From positions 1-64,000 of the forward strand of contig JAGVWJ010000008.1 of the NCBI GenBank assembly GCA_018304385.1: 64,000 nucleotides of DNA. Reading direction: 5' to 3'. The notes below the pieces were generated by a model, which did not search any database, was not told the origin of the DNA, and saw nothing but the letters and a program-made list of their open reading frames with translations. Shown piece after piece: positions 1-9,708 of this stretch. Position numbers and translations under genes: made by a program. This DNA comes from Candidatus Micrarchaeota archaeon (GTDB lineage Archaea > Micrarchaeota > Micrarchaeia > Anstonellales > Bilamarchaeaceae). The stretch's first letter is position 1. The number at the start of each line of letters is the position of its first letter.

Positions 1-1427
1 ATTGGAAATAAAAGATCAAAACGACTAAGTAGCGTAGGTGGAATTTCAAACTGCTCTGCAAGATTTTTATTTTGGTCGAATCTACCATACTTTGGATTTG
101 CTGCAGCTAGTATTGCTGTTTTTGTTTTGAACTTTGCATCTATACCTGCCTTTGCTACACTGATATGTTGGCCTTCCATTGCCTCATGGAGTGCAGCGCG
201 ATCTTCCTCTTCTATTTTATCAAACTCATCTATTTGCGCTGAACCGCCACTTGCAAGCACGAGTGCACCCGCCTTTAAAGTCCAGCCACCCTCTCCTAAT
301 TCATCTTTTTCTGCTGTTACAGTCAACCCCGCAGAACTTACTGATTTTCCACTTACATAAATACTTTTAGGGGCAAGTTCTGAAACACTTTGCAAAAATC
401 TCGACTTAGCAAGTCCAGGGTCACCTATAAGTAGTATGTGGATGTCATCACGCATTGGCATTCCTCCGGCCATAAATTTTCCCTTTGTTCCGCCAAACAT
501 CTGTTTTGTTCCGCCAAACATCTGTAATGCAAGTGCGTGCTTTACTTCTAAATGACCATATATGCCAGGTGCAACAGAGGAAACAATAAGCTGTTCGATA
601 TTAGGATTTCTTGAAAGCTCTAATATGTGGCGCTCATCTTCTTTATCTATTTCTATCTCTTCAAAATCTCTTTTCAAACCTTTAATATGAACGACCTCAA
701 GATAACGCGAGTAAATAAGCTCTTGTTTTGTCCTCACTTTTATTGGCGGCCTTATTCTTATTATCCCAACAACTTCAATGTTATCCCCAGGAGAAACAGT
801 ATTAACAGAATCATCTTCAAGTAATAATTCAATATGTGCAGCTGGCGCACCACCGCGCACGCGCTCAAGTAGTTCTTGCACTTCGGCCCGTTGTATATCA
901 GTAAACTTGCTTTCTTCATCAATGCGTTTTAGCGCTAGTTTTTTGCACGTTTCACATTTTTTTGGTTCAACAAAGTTTTTTGTAACAAACACACGAAATT
1001 CTGTATCACATAATTGGCAGCGGTAAAAAGCCACCTTTACACGATGCATTGTCTCTGCCCTGCGTGTTACTACACCTTTAAATGACACAAGCGCATTGAT
1101 ATTTTTAGATCCAATATGTTCGATGAGTATATCGCTATCTGGCAAATTAAAAAAACGAATGTGCGGTGAGAACTCGCCTGTACCTGTCGGTAGAGTCAGA
1201 TGCATTTCACTTATTGCCTGTTCAGCAGATTCAATAACTATATCTGGTTCATGTATAAGTTTATCTGCTAATTCTGGATCAAACTTCTCTAAATCAGTGT
1301 AATCAAGGTTTAGGCTTCTCTTGGTTGGGTAAACAGCTAATAAATCGTCTATCTGCTTCTTATAAATAGAAGTAAGGAAATCACTGAACGCAGCAATCAA
1401 AGGAGAAAGATCTATTTTATTTACCAT
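1..1427 (-). CDS. mcm: MCM replicative helicase (partial, runs off the window start)
   Basis: Absent from the ORF track; translated by hand from ATG 1427 (SD-like GTGAG upstream): MVNKIDLSP..., Zn finger CQLC/CETC, Walker A GDPGLAKS, Walker B IDEFDK, AAANP, arginine finger SRFD. Confidence 0.97.
   Translation of the reverse strand, partial: MVNKIDLSPLIAAFSDFLTSIYKKQIDDLLAVYPTKRSLNLDYTDLEKFDPELADKLIHEPDIVIESAEQAISEMHLTLPTGTGEFSPHIRFFNLPDSDILIEHIGSKNINALVSFKGVVTRRAETMHRVKVAFYRCQLCDTEFRVFVTKNFVEPKKCETCKKLALKRIDEESKFTDIQRAEVQELLERVRGGAPAAHIELLLEDDSVNTVSPGDNIEVVGIIRIRPPIKVRTKQELIYSRYLEVVHIKGLKRDFEEIEIDKEDERHILELSRNPNIEQLIVSSVAPGIYGHLEVKHALALQMFGGTKQMFGGTKGKFMAGGMPMRDDIHILLIGDPGLAKSRFLQSVSELAPKSIYVSGKSVSSAGLTVTAEKDELGEGGWTLKAGALVLASGGSAQIDEFDKIEEEDRAALHEAMEGQHISVAKAGIDAKFKTKTAILAAANPKYGRFDQNKNLAEQFEIPPTLLSRFDLLFP
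484..525. repeat. Perfect in-frame 21-bp tandem duplication inside mcm (QMFGGTK x2)
   Basis: tttgttccgccaaacatctgt at 484-504 and 505-525. Confidence 0.95.
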
Positions 1428-1491
1428 ACATCTCACTGAGAATTAGTGGGATCAATTAATAGAAGAGAAGAATTTTAATAGGTTGCTAAAA

Positions 1492-1947
1492 TCAGTTTTG
1501 AGTCTTGAGCCCTGGGTTATGAGCCCTGTTTATCATTTGTTTTGCAAGCGTTCTTGTTTCTGAATATTCGGAGTGCTCTGATACAGCAACTAACGCGTCA
1601 TAATTATCCTTAAGCTTTTCTACTGCTGTTAATCTTGCAGATAAATCCTGCGAATATAGCGCAATAAATGTTAATGCGTCTTCATTTGTTAGTTTATCAA
1701 CCGTTTTAGCAAGCACTTCAACTGCATTTAGTTTATTATCTTCATACTGTGAAAAATGAATAATTGAAACTAATGTATCCACAGTGCCACAAAAATCTGT
1801 CAATCTACGCTTTCTTTCTTTTGGATCTTCTATATCAACAATTTCTATCGCTACTTCTTCTTGGAGCGGAACAAATACTTGGAACCTAGGTAATGACTTG
1901 GTAGCTTGGGCTCCACCTGGTTTATCTGTTTTTCTAGTTCTTTGCAT
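1492..1947 (-). CDS. Hypothetical helical (HEAT-like) repeat protein
   Basis: 151-aa ORF with a TTTATAAA box about 30 nt upstream; repeated motifs such as KLNAVEVL, ARLTAVEKL, TRTLAKQM. Confidence 0.6.
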   Translation of the reverse strand: MQRTRKTDKPGGAQATKSLPRFQVFVPLQEEVAIEIVDIEDPKERKRRLTDFCGTVDTLVSIIHFSQYEDNKLNAVEVLAKTVDKLTNEDALTFIALYSQDLSARLTAVEKLKDNYDALVAVSEHSEYSETRTLAKQMINRAHNPGLKTQN

Positions 1948-2041
1948 GGGATCAACATAACTACTATATACACAAAAGTTTATAAATAGAAACCATTAGT
2001 AATAGCGATTAATTTTTATTTATTCTTATCGTATCAATTTC

Positions 2042-3253
2042 ATGAACAAGGCAATACTATTTATAATAGACGGATTAGGCGACTTGCCAACGCCAAAAAC
2101 TGCTTTACAAGCAGCTAAAAAGAAAAATTTCGATTGGCTTGCGAAAAATGGTGTATGCGGATTAATGAGCACTATTGATCGTGGCATAACACCAGGTAGC
2201 GATGTTTCTCATTTGCAATTGTTCGGATATGATCCAAAAGAGTATTACCCTGGACGCGGACCGCTTGAGGCGCTAGGTGTTGGAATTAATTTGCAAGAAG
2301 GAGATGTTGCATTCCGGGCGAATTTTGCAACAGTAGATGGTAAAAAAATAATTGATCGCAGGGCAGGAAGAATCAGCACAGATATTGGTAAAGCACTTGA
2401 AAAATATGTGAATATGAAAATAGGTCCATTTGTAACTGCAATATTCAAAAGCTCTGTTGAGCACCGCGGTGCGCTTGTATTAAGAGGAGGTGACGTGGAC
2501 GATGGTATAACTGATACTGATCCACATGGCCACGGAGATTATATCCTAGAATGCAAACCAATGAATAGCATTGATCAACGCGGAATAACGACATCTGAAA
2601 TAGTAAACGAATTCACGAAAAGAGTATTCGCTTTATTAAATAATGCAGAAGAAAATAAAAAACTTGAAGCGCAAAAGAAGCTAAAGGCCAATATAATTTT
2701 ACTAAGAAGCGCTGGGCAGTATAGACCAATTGTAAGCATAAAAGAAAGATTTGATATAAGTGCTGCATGTGTTGCTGGTGGAGCGCTTTACAAGGGAATA
2801 GCAAAATATGTTGGTATGGATATTGTTAATGTACAGGGCGCAACAGGCACAGCACAAACTGACCTAAAGGCAAAAGGAAACGCTGTTGTTACCGCATTAA
2901 AAAATCATGATGTAGTTTTCTTGCATGTAAAGGCATGCGATAGTTTTGGACATGATGGAAATTTCAATGGAAAGGTAAAAATGCTTGAGCGCATTGATAA
3001 AGAATTATTGCCTATTTTAATTAAGAGCAAGGCGAATATTATAATTACTGGAGATCATTCTACACCATGCATTCGCAAAGCGCATAGCGGACATGAAGTA
3101 CCAATACTGATTTATGGAGATGAAAGAAAAGATAAGGTTGGTAAGTTTGATGAGGTTGCATGTATGAATGGTGGGCTAGGGCATTTACGCGGAAAGGATG
3201 TGATGCCTATTATACTAAATCTAATTAGAAAAGAGAAAATGTACGGAAGCTAA
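2042..3253 (+). CDS. apgM: 2,3-bisphosphoglycerate-independent phosphoglycerate mutase, archaeal type
   Basis: IIDGLGD, PGSDVSHL, GRGPLEA, FRANFAT, DSFGHDG, TGDHSTP motifs. Confidence 0.95.
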   Translation: MNKAILFIIDGLGDLPTPKTALQAAKKKNFDWLAKNGVCGLMSTIDRGITPGSDVSHLQLFGYDPKEYYPGRGPLEALGVGINLQEGDVAFRANFATVDGKKIIDRRAGRISTDIGKALEKYVNMKIGPFVTAIFKSSVEHRGALVLRGGDVDDGITDTDPHGHGDYILECKPMNSIDQRGITTSEIVNEFTKRVFALLNNAEENKKLEAQKKLKANIILLRSAGQYRPIVSIKERFDISAACVAGGALYKGIAKYVGMDIVNVQGATGTAQTDLKAKGNAVVTALKNHDVVFLHVKACDSFGHDGNFNGKVKMLERIDKELLPILIKSKANIIITGDHSTPCIRKAHSGHEVPILIYGDERKDKVGKFDEVACMNGGLGHLRGKDVMPIILNLIRKEKMYGS

Positions 3254-3274
3254 CTTCTATTCTCTCATTAATTT

Positions 3275-5836
3275 CTATGCTTGTTTCCCTTTCTTTCTCG
3301 ACCAAAGGAAGTATGCTATTACAACTACAATAATTAATATGCCGCCATAAAGAAGCATATTTTGATCCCCTGCAACTGGTGGCTTTGGTGTTGGTTCTGG
3401 TGTTGGAATTGCCAACTCTGCTTCAACTTGTTTTCTCTTTGCTACATCTCCCTGCTCGCTTAATAGAGCTATTTCGTAAGTACCTTTGTTTGCTAATGAA
3501 AGAACTGCCTCACCTTTCCCATCTGTTGTAACACGTGATATCTCTTTGCCTGTAGCATCAGTTACTACTATTGTACAAGAAACACAGGGTTCATCATTCT
3601 TTAGTGCACGTGCAGTAAATGATTCTCCTACTTTAATTTTATCTCCAGTAACTAGATCATATTTTACTGGTTGTGCAGGTGGGGCTGGAGGAGGTTCTGG
3701 TTCTGGCCCTGTTGGTCCAACAAAAACCTCGCCAACATCATCAGTTTCTACTTCTAATTCATCAGGATAAACTGTAAATTCATCTGGGAATCCAACATCT
3801 GTGAAAGTGCCACCGCTTAGCGTTCCACCACTGCTGGAACCGCCTGAAACACTATTGCCATTTCCGTTTCCGCCACTAACGCCCTCGCCTTCATTACAAT
3901 TTGTAACAGTACCACCTTGTAGTTCTACACCTGTTACTCTGCCTTGCTTTATTTGATCTGGCGTTAAACTAGTCCATTGTGTGGCGGTCAATTCTATGCT
4001 ACAGCCATCAAGTTCCCCGTCATCTATAGTTCCGCCATTTACATCGCCGTTATCTACATCGCCATCATCGAGCGTACCACCATCATTGGACCCTCCGTTT
4101 ACATCGCCGCAATCAAATGGAGTTAATACTTTAGTCGTAGATGGGTATCCACCACTTTGGAGGAATGTAAATTCAAACTCTTTTATAGATTTAATAGTTG
4201 TCGCAGCGTCTGCTAACTCATTATATATTTTTTTCAAATTGAAACGTGTTTTAAGTGGTTCTTGTTTTTGCTCATCTGAAACCGCTACTTTAAATCTGCC
4301 TTTTTTGTCTTTTGAACAAGAAACTTCAGTATCATAACCACAGAAAACATCCATTGGAATTATCTGACCATCCTCTGTTGTAATTTCATAATTACCATTC
4401 TCAGGTGGTGTGATGTCTGCTGTGCCTGTATTATCTGTTGTTGTGCCAGGTATAGGTGGGTTTGGACGACATTTTGCTTCCTGAGAACCGGTTTCTGGAT
4501 TAACTTGACAAATTCGAATCTCACCGGGTTCGCATGTAATGTCCGGACAGGTTCCACCTGGTGGCCTACTACCTCGGCTTTCACCTGTTTTTGGAATACA
4601 TTCATAGAAAGTGCATCCTCTTGAATCAACACGTGGAATCTTCTTTTCATTAAAAGAACACTGAACATCAGATGGCGGTGATTCCAGACATTCTGATGAA
4701 GTTGGTATTGGAGGTTGACCTTCAGTATGTACTGCACTACTAACAAAAGCTTGTGTGAAAGTTCCTCTTACAACTACCATATCTCTCGCTGGTACATTTG
4801 ATGCAACAGCACCATTCACGCGCACATTTTCAAGAACAATTGTTTTCTTGGTACCACTTTGATCTACAAATGTTGCAGTTGAACGGCCAACTCGCAAATT
4901 ATTTAAAACAACATTGTTAAGCTTACCACTTTTTATATTAACATTTCTAACATTAGCATTAGTAACACGAACATTGTTTACATTAACATTTGGAACCGAG
5001 CGTACAGATACGACACTGCCTGAAGTGACAGTATTTGCGAAGCTCGCTGTTGTTGATGCTTCACCAGCAGTTCCTATAGCACTTGTTAACTTCGGTGGGT
5101 CCTCGCTACTGTCCACTCTTTTAACAGAAAGTTTCTTATTAGCTAAATCTCCAGAAGTGAATTTCACCTTTCCATCTTTACAGGAGTAATCAATCTTATA
5201 ATCTGGGCATGCATATTTCGCAGTACCATAATCTATGCTCACTGTTTTCTTATCATAACCTTTTTTATCAATCGCTAATTCATGTATGCCCTGCTCAAGC
5301 GCAGATGTTTTTAGCACACCGAGTGCATTTGTTTTATAATCTACTCCATTTACAGTAACTGTTGCATCTTTAATTGCATTTTTTGTAAGTGAATCTTTAA
5401 TTGCTACCCTCAAGCTACTAGAACCTTCTTCGCAAATAGGTGCAGTCTCAACAATAATATCTTTTTTTGGGCATGTTGCAGTTGGATCATAACAGGTTTT
5501 ATCTGAAGGAGATAGTGTATATGGTGCTTTACCAGAACTTTCAATTACAAAGTTATACGCACCTGCTCCATATTTTTTATATTCGAACTCTGCAATACCG
5601 CCATTAATATTAGTAGATACGGTTTCCTGTTGAGACGAGGTAGTGAGACAGTTCTGACAACTATTAGATGAACAAGAATATAACATCCTAACTGTTCCGC
5701 CATCATAATCTAATGCCGTAACAACTAGTACTTCCTTATCGCAATTATAAGATAACTTCGGTACTGTAGACACAATAGCTGCCATCAAATAACTAACAAA
5801 TAAAGCCAAAAAAACAAAAAATAGTTTAAATTTCAT
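3275..5836 (-). CDS. Large secreted, C-terminally membrane-anchored surface protein with Ig/carboxypeptidase-regulatory-like domains and pentapeptide repeats
   Basis: N-terminal signal peptide; AIKDATVTVNG..YKTNALG; Asn/Val and GxxDG pentapeptide runs; Pro linkers; C-terminal TM helix followed by RKKGKQA. Confidence 0.85.
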   Translation of the reverse strand: MKFKLFFVFLALFVSYLMAAIVSTVPKLSYNCDKEVLVVTALDYDGGTVRMLYSCSSNSCQNCLTTSSQQETVSTNINGGIAEFEYKKYGAGAYNFVIESSGKAPYTLSPSDKTCYDPTATCPKKDIIVETAPICEEGSSSLRVAIKDSLTKNAIKDATVTVNGVDYKTNALGVLKTSALEQGIHELAIDKKGYDKKTVSIDYGTAKYACPDYKIDYSCKDGKVKFTSGDLANKKLSVKRVDSSEDPPKLTSAIGTAGEASTTASFANTVTSGSVVSVRSVPNVNVNNVRVTNANVRNVNIKSGKLNNVVLNNLRVGRSTATFVDQSGTKKTIVLENVRVNGAVASNVPARDMVVVRGTFTQAFVSSAVHTEGQPPIPTSSECLESPPSDVQCSFNEKKIPRVDSRGCTFYECIPKTGESRGSRPPGGTCPDITCEPGEIRICQVNPETGSQEAKCRPNPPIPGTTTDNTGTADITPPENGNYEITTEDGQIIPMDVFCGYDTEVSCSKDKKGRFKVAVSDEQKQEPLKTRFNLKKIYNELADAATTIKSIKEFEFTFLQSGGYPSTTKVLTPFDCGDVNGGSNDGGTLDDGDVDNGDVNGGTIDDGELDGCSIELTATQWTSLTPDQIKQGRVTGVELQGGTVTNCNEGEGVSGGNGNGNSVSGGSSSGGTLSGGTFTDVGFPDEFTVYPDELEVETDDVGEVFVGPTGPEPEPPPAPPAQPVKYDLVTGDKIKVGESFTARALKNDEPCVSCTIVVTDATGKEISRVTTDGKGEAVLSLANKGTYEIALLSEQGDVAKRKQVEAELAIPTPEPTPKPPVAGDQNMLLYGGILIIVVVIAYFLWSRKKGKQA

Positions 5837-5890
5837 AATTTATGTTTGGGCAACAAGATTTAAAAGTGTTACTTTCAGATTTTATTTCTT

Positions 5891-6790
5891 ATGACTAATG
5901 AAGAATTAGATAATTTTATTGAAGCTGGAAAGATCGCCGGGCGGATACGCGAGGAAAGCAAAAGCCTAATTATGGTAGATGAGCCACTGCTGGACATAGC
6001 AGAAACCATAGAGAAAATGATTTATGATGAAGGTGTGCAGCCTGCATTTCCAGTTAATATAAGCATAAATGATAATGCTGCACACTATACACCAGAATTT
6101 GAATGTGCGCTTACGCTTGGAGAAAATGATGTTGTTAAGATCGATTTAGGAGTAGCAATTGAAGGCGCAATTAGCGATACTGCATATACTATTGATTTAA
6201 GTGGGAAAAATGAAAACTTGGTTAAGGCTTCTAGCGAGGCATTGGATGCTGCGCTTTTAGCAATAAAACCAGGTGTGGGCGTTGGCGAAATAGGTGGTAT
6301 AATAGAGGATAAAATTAAATCATATGGATTCAAGCCTATTTCTAATCTAACTGGCCACATGATTAAGAGTAATGACCTGCACGCTGGTGTTAGCGTTCCA
6401 AATGTACGTGGTACTGGCGACAGTTATACGTTTAAAGTAGGGGATATTTTCGCTATTGAACCATTTGCAACAAATGGCCGCGGACAAGTAGAAGATAGCG
6501 AGCAGGTTGAAATATTTAGTATACACTCTGCACAGCCAATAAGAATGCGCCAGTCACGCCAGATATTACAGCATGTTATTGAAAAATATGGTGTATTGCC
6601 ATTTGCAGAGCGATGGGTTAGAAGAGAATTTAAATCAAAACTGCTAGTTAGCGCTGCATTAAAAGAAATGCTTGAAGCAGGCGTGCTGCGCGGTTATCCC
6701 GTGCTAAAAGAACAGGCAGGTAGTTTAGTTGCGCAATTCGAGCATACTATATTAATAGAGGAGAATGGAGCTCGGGTTTTGAGTAAATAA
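5891..6790 (+). CDS. map: Methionine aminopeptidase type II
   Basis: AFPVN, AAHYTP, KIDLGV, DTAYT, LTGH, FAIEPF, AQFEHT. Confidence 0.97.
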   Translation: MTNEELDNFIEAGKIAGRIREESKSLIMVDEPLLDIAETIEKMIYDEGVQPAFPVNISINDNAAHYTPEFECALTLGENDVVKIDLGVAIEGAISDTAYTIDLSGKNENLVKASSEALDAALLAIKPGVGVGEIGGIIEDKIKSYGFKPISNLTGHMIKSNDLHAGVSVPNVRGTGDSYTFKVGDIFAIEPFATNGRGQVEDSEQVEIFSIHSAQPIRMRQSRQILQHVIEKYGVLPFAERWVRREFKSKLLVSAALKEMLEAGVLRGYPVLKEQAGSLVAQFEHTILIEENGARVLSK

Positions 6791-6791
6791 T

Positions 6792-8096
6792 TCATCTTTC
6801 ATAAATCTTCGGATTTGAAAACCCATTTACTTCTGAGGCAGTTTTTCCAGGAAAAACCTCAAATTTAATTTTTCTATCTTCAATCATTTGAACTAATACG
6901 ACTCCTAGAACATCCCCTCTGCCAATAGCTTTTATGCCTTTTGCATAATTGCGTCTGTCCCAATACTCCCCAGTACCCTGAATCATATAATCAATGTCAA
7001 CTAATTCATATTTTATGATTCCGTCTGATTTATCTATGCTAATCGGATCAGGTTTATTATTAATAACTGCAAATTGTTTTGGTTCATTGTTAAAATTTCC
7101 CATGGAAACCACAACCAACGATGGATCTAATCCATCATAAGCAAAGGCCAGATGCGTTTTATAATTGTCTATACCTCTGTTTAATCCTGCATAACCCCCG
7201 CTATTTTCTACAAACCAATTGCCAACAAGTTTGCCATCAATATCATAATCAATCTTTCCACCACGCGGTTCTTTTTCTCTTATATTTTTTGCTAATAGCT
7301 GACTTTTGATCGGCTCTACAAAATATGCGAACATATCCACAGTATGAATTTTCCACGACTCTCCTTCATATAATTTTGGCGTTATAAATCCTTTCAAAAC
7401 AACATTGTCATCATGCACACTAAAATCAAATGCATTTGCCCTTCCTATAACTTCACCTGCTGTCACATTTATTCCTTTCCCGTTTTTGAACTCCATACCT
7501 CCGTAAAATTGTTTAATCCTAGGCGATAATTCTTTAACATGGATATAAATAGTGTAAAAAGTACATGTGTAATGAATAACGAGCCTATAGTCATCTTTTC
7601 TTCCGCCCATAGTTTCTATTTCTGTAATTATACCATTTGCAGGTGCAAGAACATCTTTAAACTCTATAGGGTTATCTTCATGTTTCCAATTTGATGGATA
7701 ATAATATCCATGGTCAATCGGGGTAACATGATTTCCTATCATAAGACCTATTGGCTCAATTAGCCCAATATCTTCTAGCCTTCTTGGAGGAGATGTAAAA
7801 TTTACTGCGCCCTCCCAACTACAAGGCTTACCAAAAGAAAATCTACCGCTATTTTTTATATGGTCAGTTTTAGATAAATTTTGTTCTGTTTGCTTTGGAG
7901 GTGGTTGAACTATTGGCACTATTGATTCGTTGTCCTTTTTTTCATACATAAATGGCTGGGAAATATTTGTTTCACTACCATTTTCAGGTAAATCCATAGA
8001 AGAAGATTTTGCTTCTGTCTTATTCTCAATTTTTGTTTGCTGTTGCGAGGTACAACCAATAATAAGAATAATAATGAGTATTAGGTAAATTCTCAT
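6792..8096 (-). CDS. Lipoprotein with an M23/LytM-like domain (non-canonical metal site)
   Basis: Lipobox IIIGC; HVTPIDH, VLAPANGIITEI, YIHV, VTAGEVIG. Confidence 0.7.
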   Translation of the reverse strand: MRIYLILIIILIIGCTSQQQTKIENKTEAKSSSMDLPENGSETNISQPFMYEKKDNESIVPIVQPPPKQTEQNLSKTDHIKNSGRFSFGKPCSWEGAVNFTSPPRRLEDIGLIEPIGLMIGNHVTPIDHGYYYPSNWKHEDNPIEFKDVLAPANGIITEIETMGGRKDDYRLVIHYTCTFYTIYIHVKELSPRIKQFYGGMEFKNGKGINVTAGEVIGRANAFDFSVHDDNVVLKGFITPKLYEGESWKIHTVDMFAYFVEPIKSQLLAKNIREKEPRGGKIDYDIDGKLVGNWFVENSGGYAGLNRGIDNYKTHLAFAYDGLDPSLVVVSMGNFNNEPKQFAVINNKPDPISIDKSDGIIKYELVDIDYMIQGTGEYWDRRNYAKGIKAIGRGDVLGVVLVQMIEDRKIKFEVFPGKTASEVNGFSNPKIYER

Positions 8097-8185
8097 GGTA
8101 GCTAATTCCTATTGCAGCTTAAAATAGTATCATTACCAATTTTCTGGTAATTACCTATTTATAAGTAGGTGTGCAATAATTAATT

Positions 8186-8815
8186 ATGAATTCTAATATT
8201 AAAATAGCAACCAACCAGCTTAAAAAAGGCAGCTTTGTCGTTCTTTACGATGGTGACAAGCGCGAAGGAGAAGCAGATTTAATATTTCATGCGAACTTTG
8301 CAACACCAACTAAAATAATGAAACTTAGAAAAGATGCTGGCGGACTTATTTGTTTAGCTACGAACCAACAAATTGCGAATATGATTGGACTACCATTTTT
8401 TACTGATTTATTAAATAAATTCAAGGAAATCCGGATTAACAGAACAGCTTATGGAGACAAACCAGCGTTCTCGCTTCCAATAAATCATAGAAATGTCTAT
8501 ACTGGCATAACAGATAATGATCGCTCACTAACAATTAAAAAATTTGCAAAAGTAGTAAGTGAGAATGATGGAATAAAAAAAGATTTCAAAAAAAACTTTT
8601 ATGCGCCAGGACACGTATTTTTATTAATTGGCCGTAGCTTGAATGAACGCAGAGGCCATACAGAACTTTCACTTGAATTAGCAAAACTTGCAAAATTGCC
8701 AGCAGCAATGGTTTTATGCGAGATGCTTGGAAAAGGCAAAGCTCTTAGTAAGAAAAAAGCAATGGAATATGCAAAAAAACATAATTTTATCTTCTTAGAA
8801 GGGAAAGAAATATGA
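8186..8815 (+). CDS. ribB: 3,4-dihydroxy-2-butanone 4-phosphate synthase, archaeal type
   Basis: YDGDKREGEADL, TGITDNDR, APGHV, RRGHTE, LCEML. Confidence 0.95.
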   Translation: MNSNIKIATNQLKKGSFVVLYDGDKREGEADLIFHANFATPTKIMKLRKDAGGLICLATNQQIANMIGLPFFTDLLNKFKEIRINRTAYGDKPAFSLPINHRNVYTGITDNDRSLTIKKFAKVVSENDGIKKDFKKNFYAPGHVFLLIGRSLNERRGHTELSLELAKLAKLPAAMVLCEMLGKGKALSKKKAMEYAKKHNFIFLEGKEI

Positions 8816-9696
8816 AAATTAAAAAAATTCGCTTAGCTTTAGTTGATACAATGTTTGCGCGAGTTGATATGGGATCAATAGCAATAGATGAAATAAATAA
8901 AAATTATAATAATGTAGAGATTATTCGCTCTACTGTTCCAGGTATAAAGGATTTAGCAGTTGAATGTAAAAAATTGCTCGCACAGTGTGATGTTGCACTT
9001 GCTTTAGGAATGGTTGGAAGTGCACCAATAGACGTGCAATGCGCACATGAAGCAAGCTTAGCAATCCAACAAGCAAAGCTTTTAACTAATAAACATATCA
9101 TAGAAGTATTTGTTCATGAAAACGAGGCATGGAGCGAAAACGAGCTTTTAGATATTTTTGATCAACGCATTAGAAAGCATGCACATAACGCAGTATTATT
9201 AGTAAGCGATCCACAAGCGCTGATTGCGCAGGCTGGACAAGGTATAAGACAGGGAAAAGAAAACGAAGGCCTGCTTAATGATAAACGAATCATTGGGATT
9301 GGGTTTGTTGTTTCAGAATTTAATAATGAAATAACTGAAGAGATGATTGAACAAGCGAAGAAAACAGTTGGAACTAATGCTGAAGTAATTGACATTATTA
9401 ACGTACCTGGGGCATTTGATGCACCATTGGCAGTTAAAAAGCTCTTAATGAATAAAAAAATAGATTGTGTTGCTGTGCTTGGCACAGTAGTCAAAGGGGA
9501 AACAAAACATGATGAAGTAATTGTATTTAACATTGCAAATAAATTAATCGAGCTTTCCTTAGAATTTAATAAACCAGTAACACTAGGAATAATTGGACCA
9601 GGTGTCACATGGAAACAAGCAACCGCTCGTGCAGCGAGCTATGCAAAACATGCAACTGAAACAGCAATAAAAATGACATTAAGATTGAAACGATAG
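8812..9696 (+). CDS. ribC-ribH: Fusion of archaeal-type riboflavin synthase (N-terminal) and lumazine synthase (C-terminal)
   Basis: N half DTMFARVDMG, TVPGIKDL, CAHEAS, HIIEVFVHE, AGQGIRQG; C half VSEFNNEIT, VPGAFDAP, LGTVVKGETKHD, KPVTLGIIGPG; one continuous 294-aa ORF. Confidence 0.93.
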   Translation: MKIKKIRLALVDTMFARVDMGSIAIDEINKNYNNVEIIRSTVPGIKDLAVECKKLLAQCDVALALGMVGSAPIDVQCAHEASLAIQQAKLLTNKHIIEVFVHENEAWSENELLDIFDQRIRKHAHNAVLLVSDPQALIAQAGQGIRQGKENEGLLNDKRIIGIGFVVSEFNNEITEEMIEQAKKTVGTNAEVIDIINVPGAFDAPLAVKKLLMNKKIDCVAVLGTVVKGETKHDEVIVFNIANKLIELSLEFNKPVTLGIIGPGVTWKQATARAASYAKHATETAIKMTLRLKR

Positions 9697-9708
9697 TGAG
9701 TAGATTTT

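Noticed and set aside
127-1302. Plus-strand ORFs in the track over 1-1427
   Set aside because: Antisense shadows of the mcm gene, which the track omits because it runs off the window
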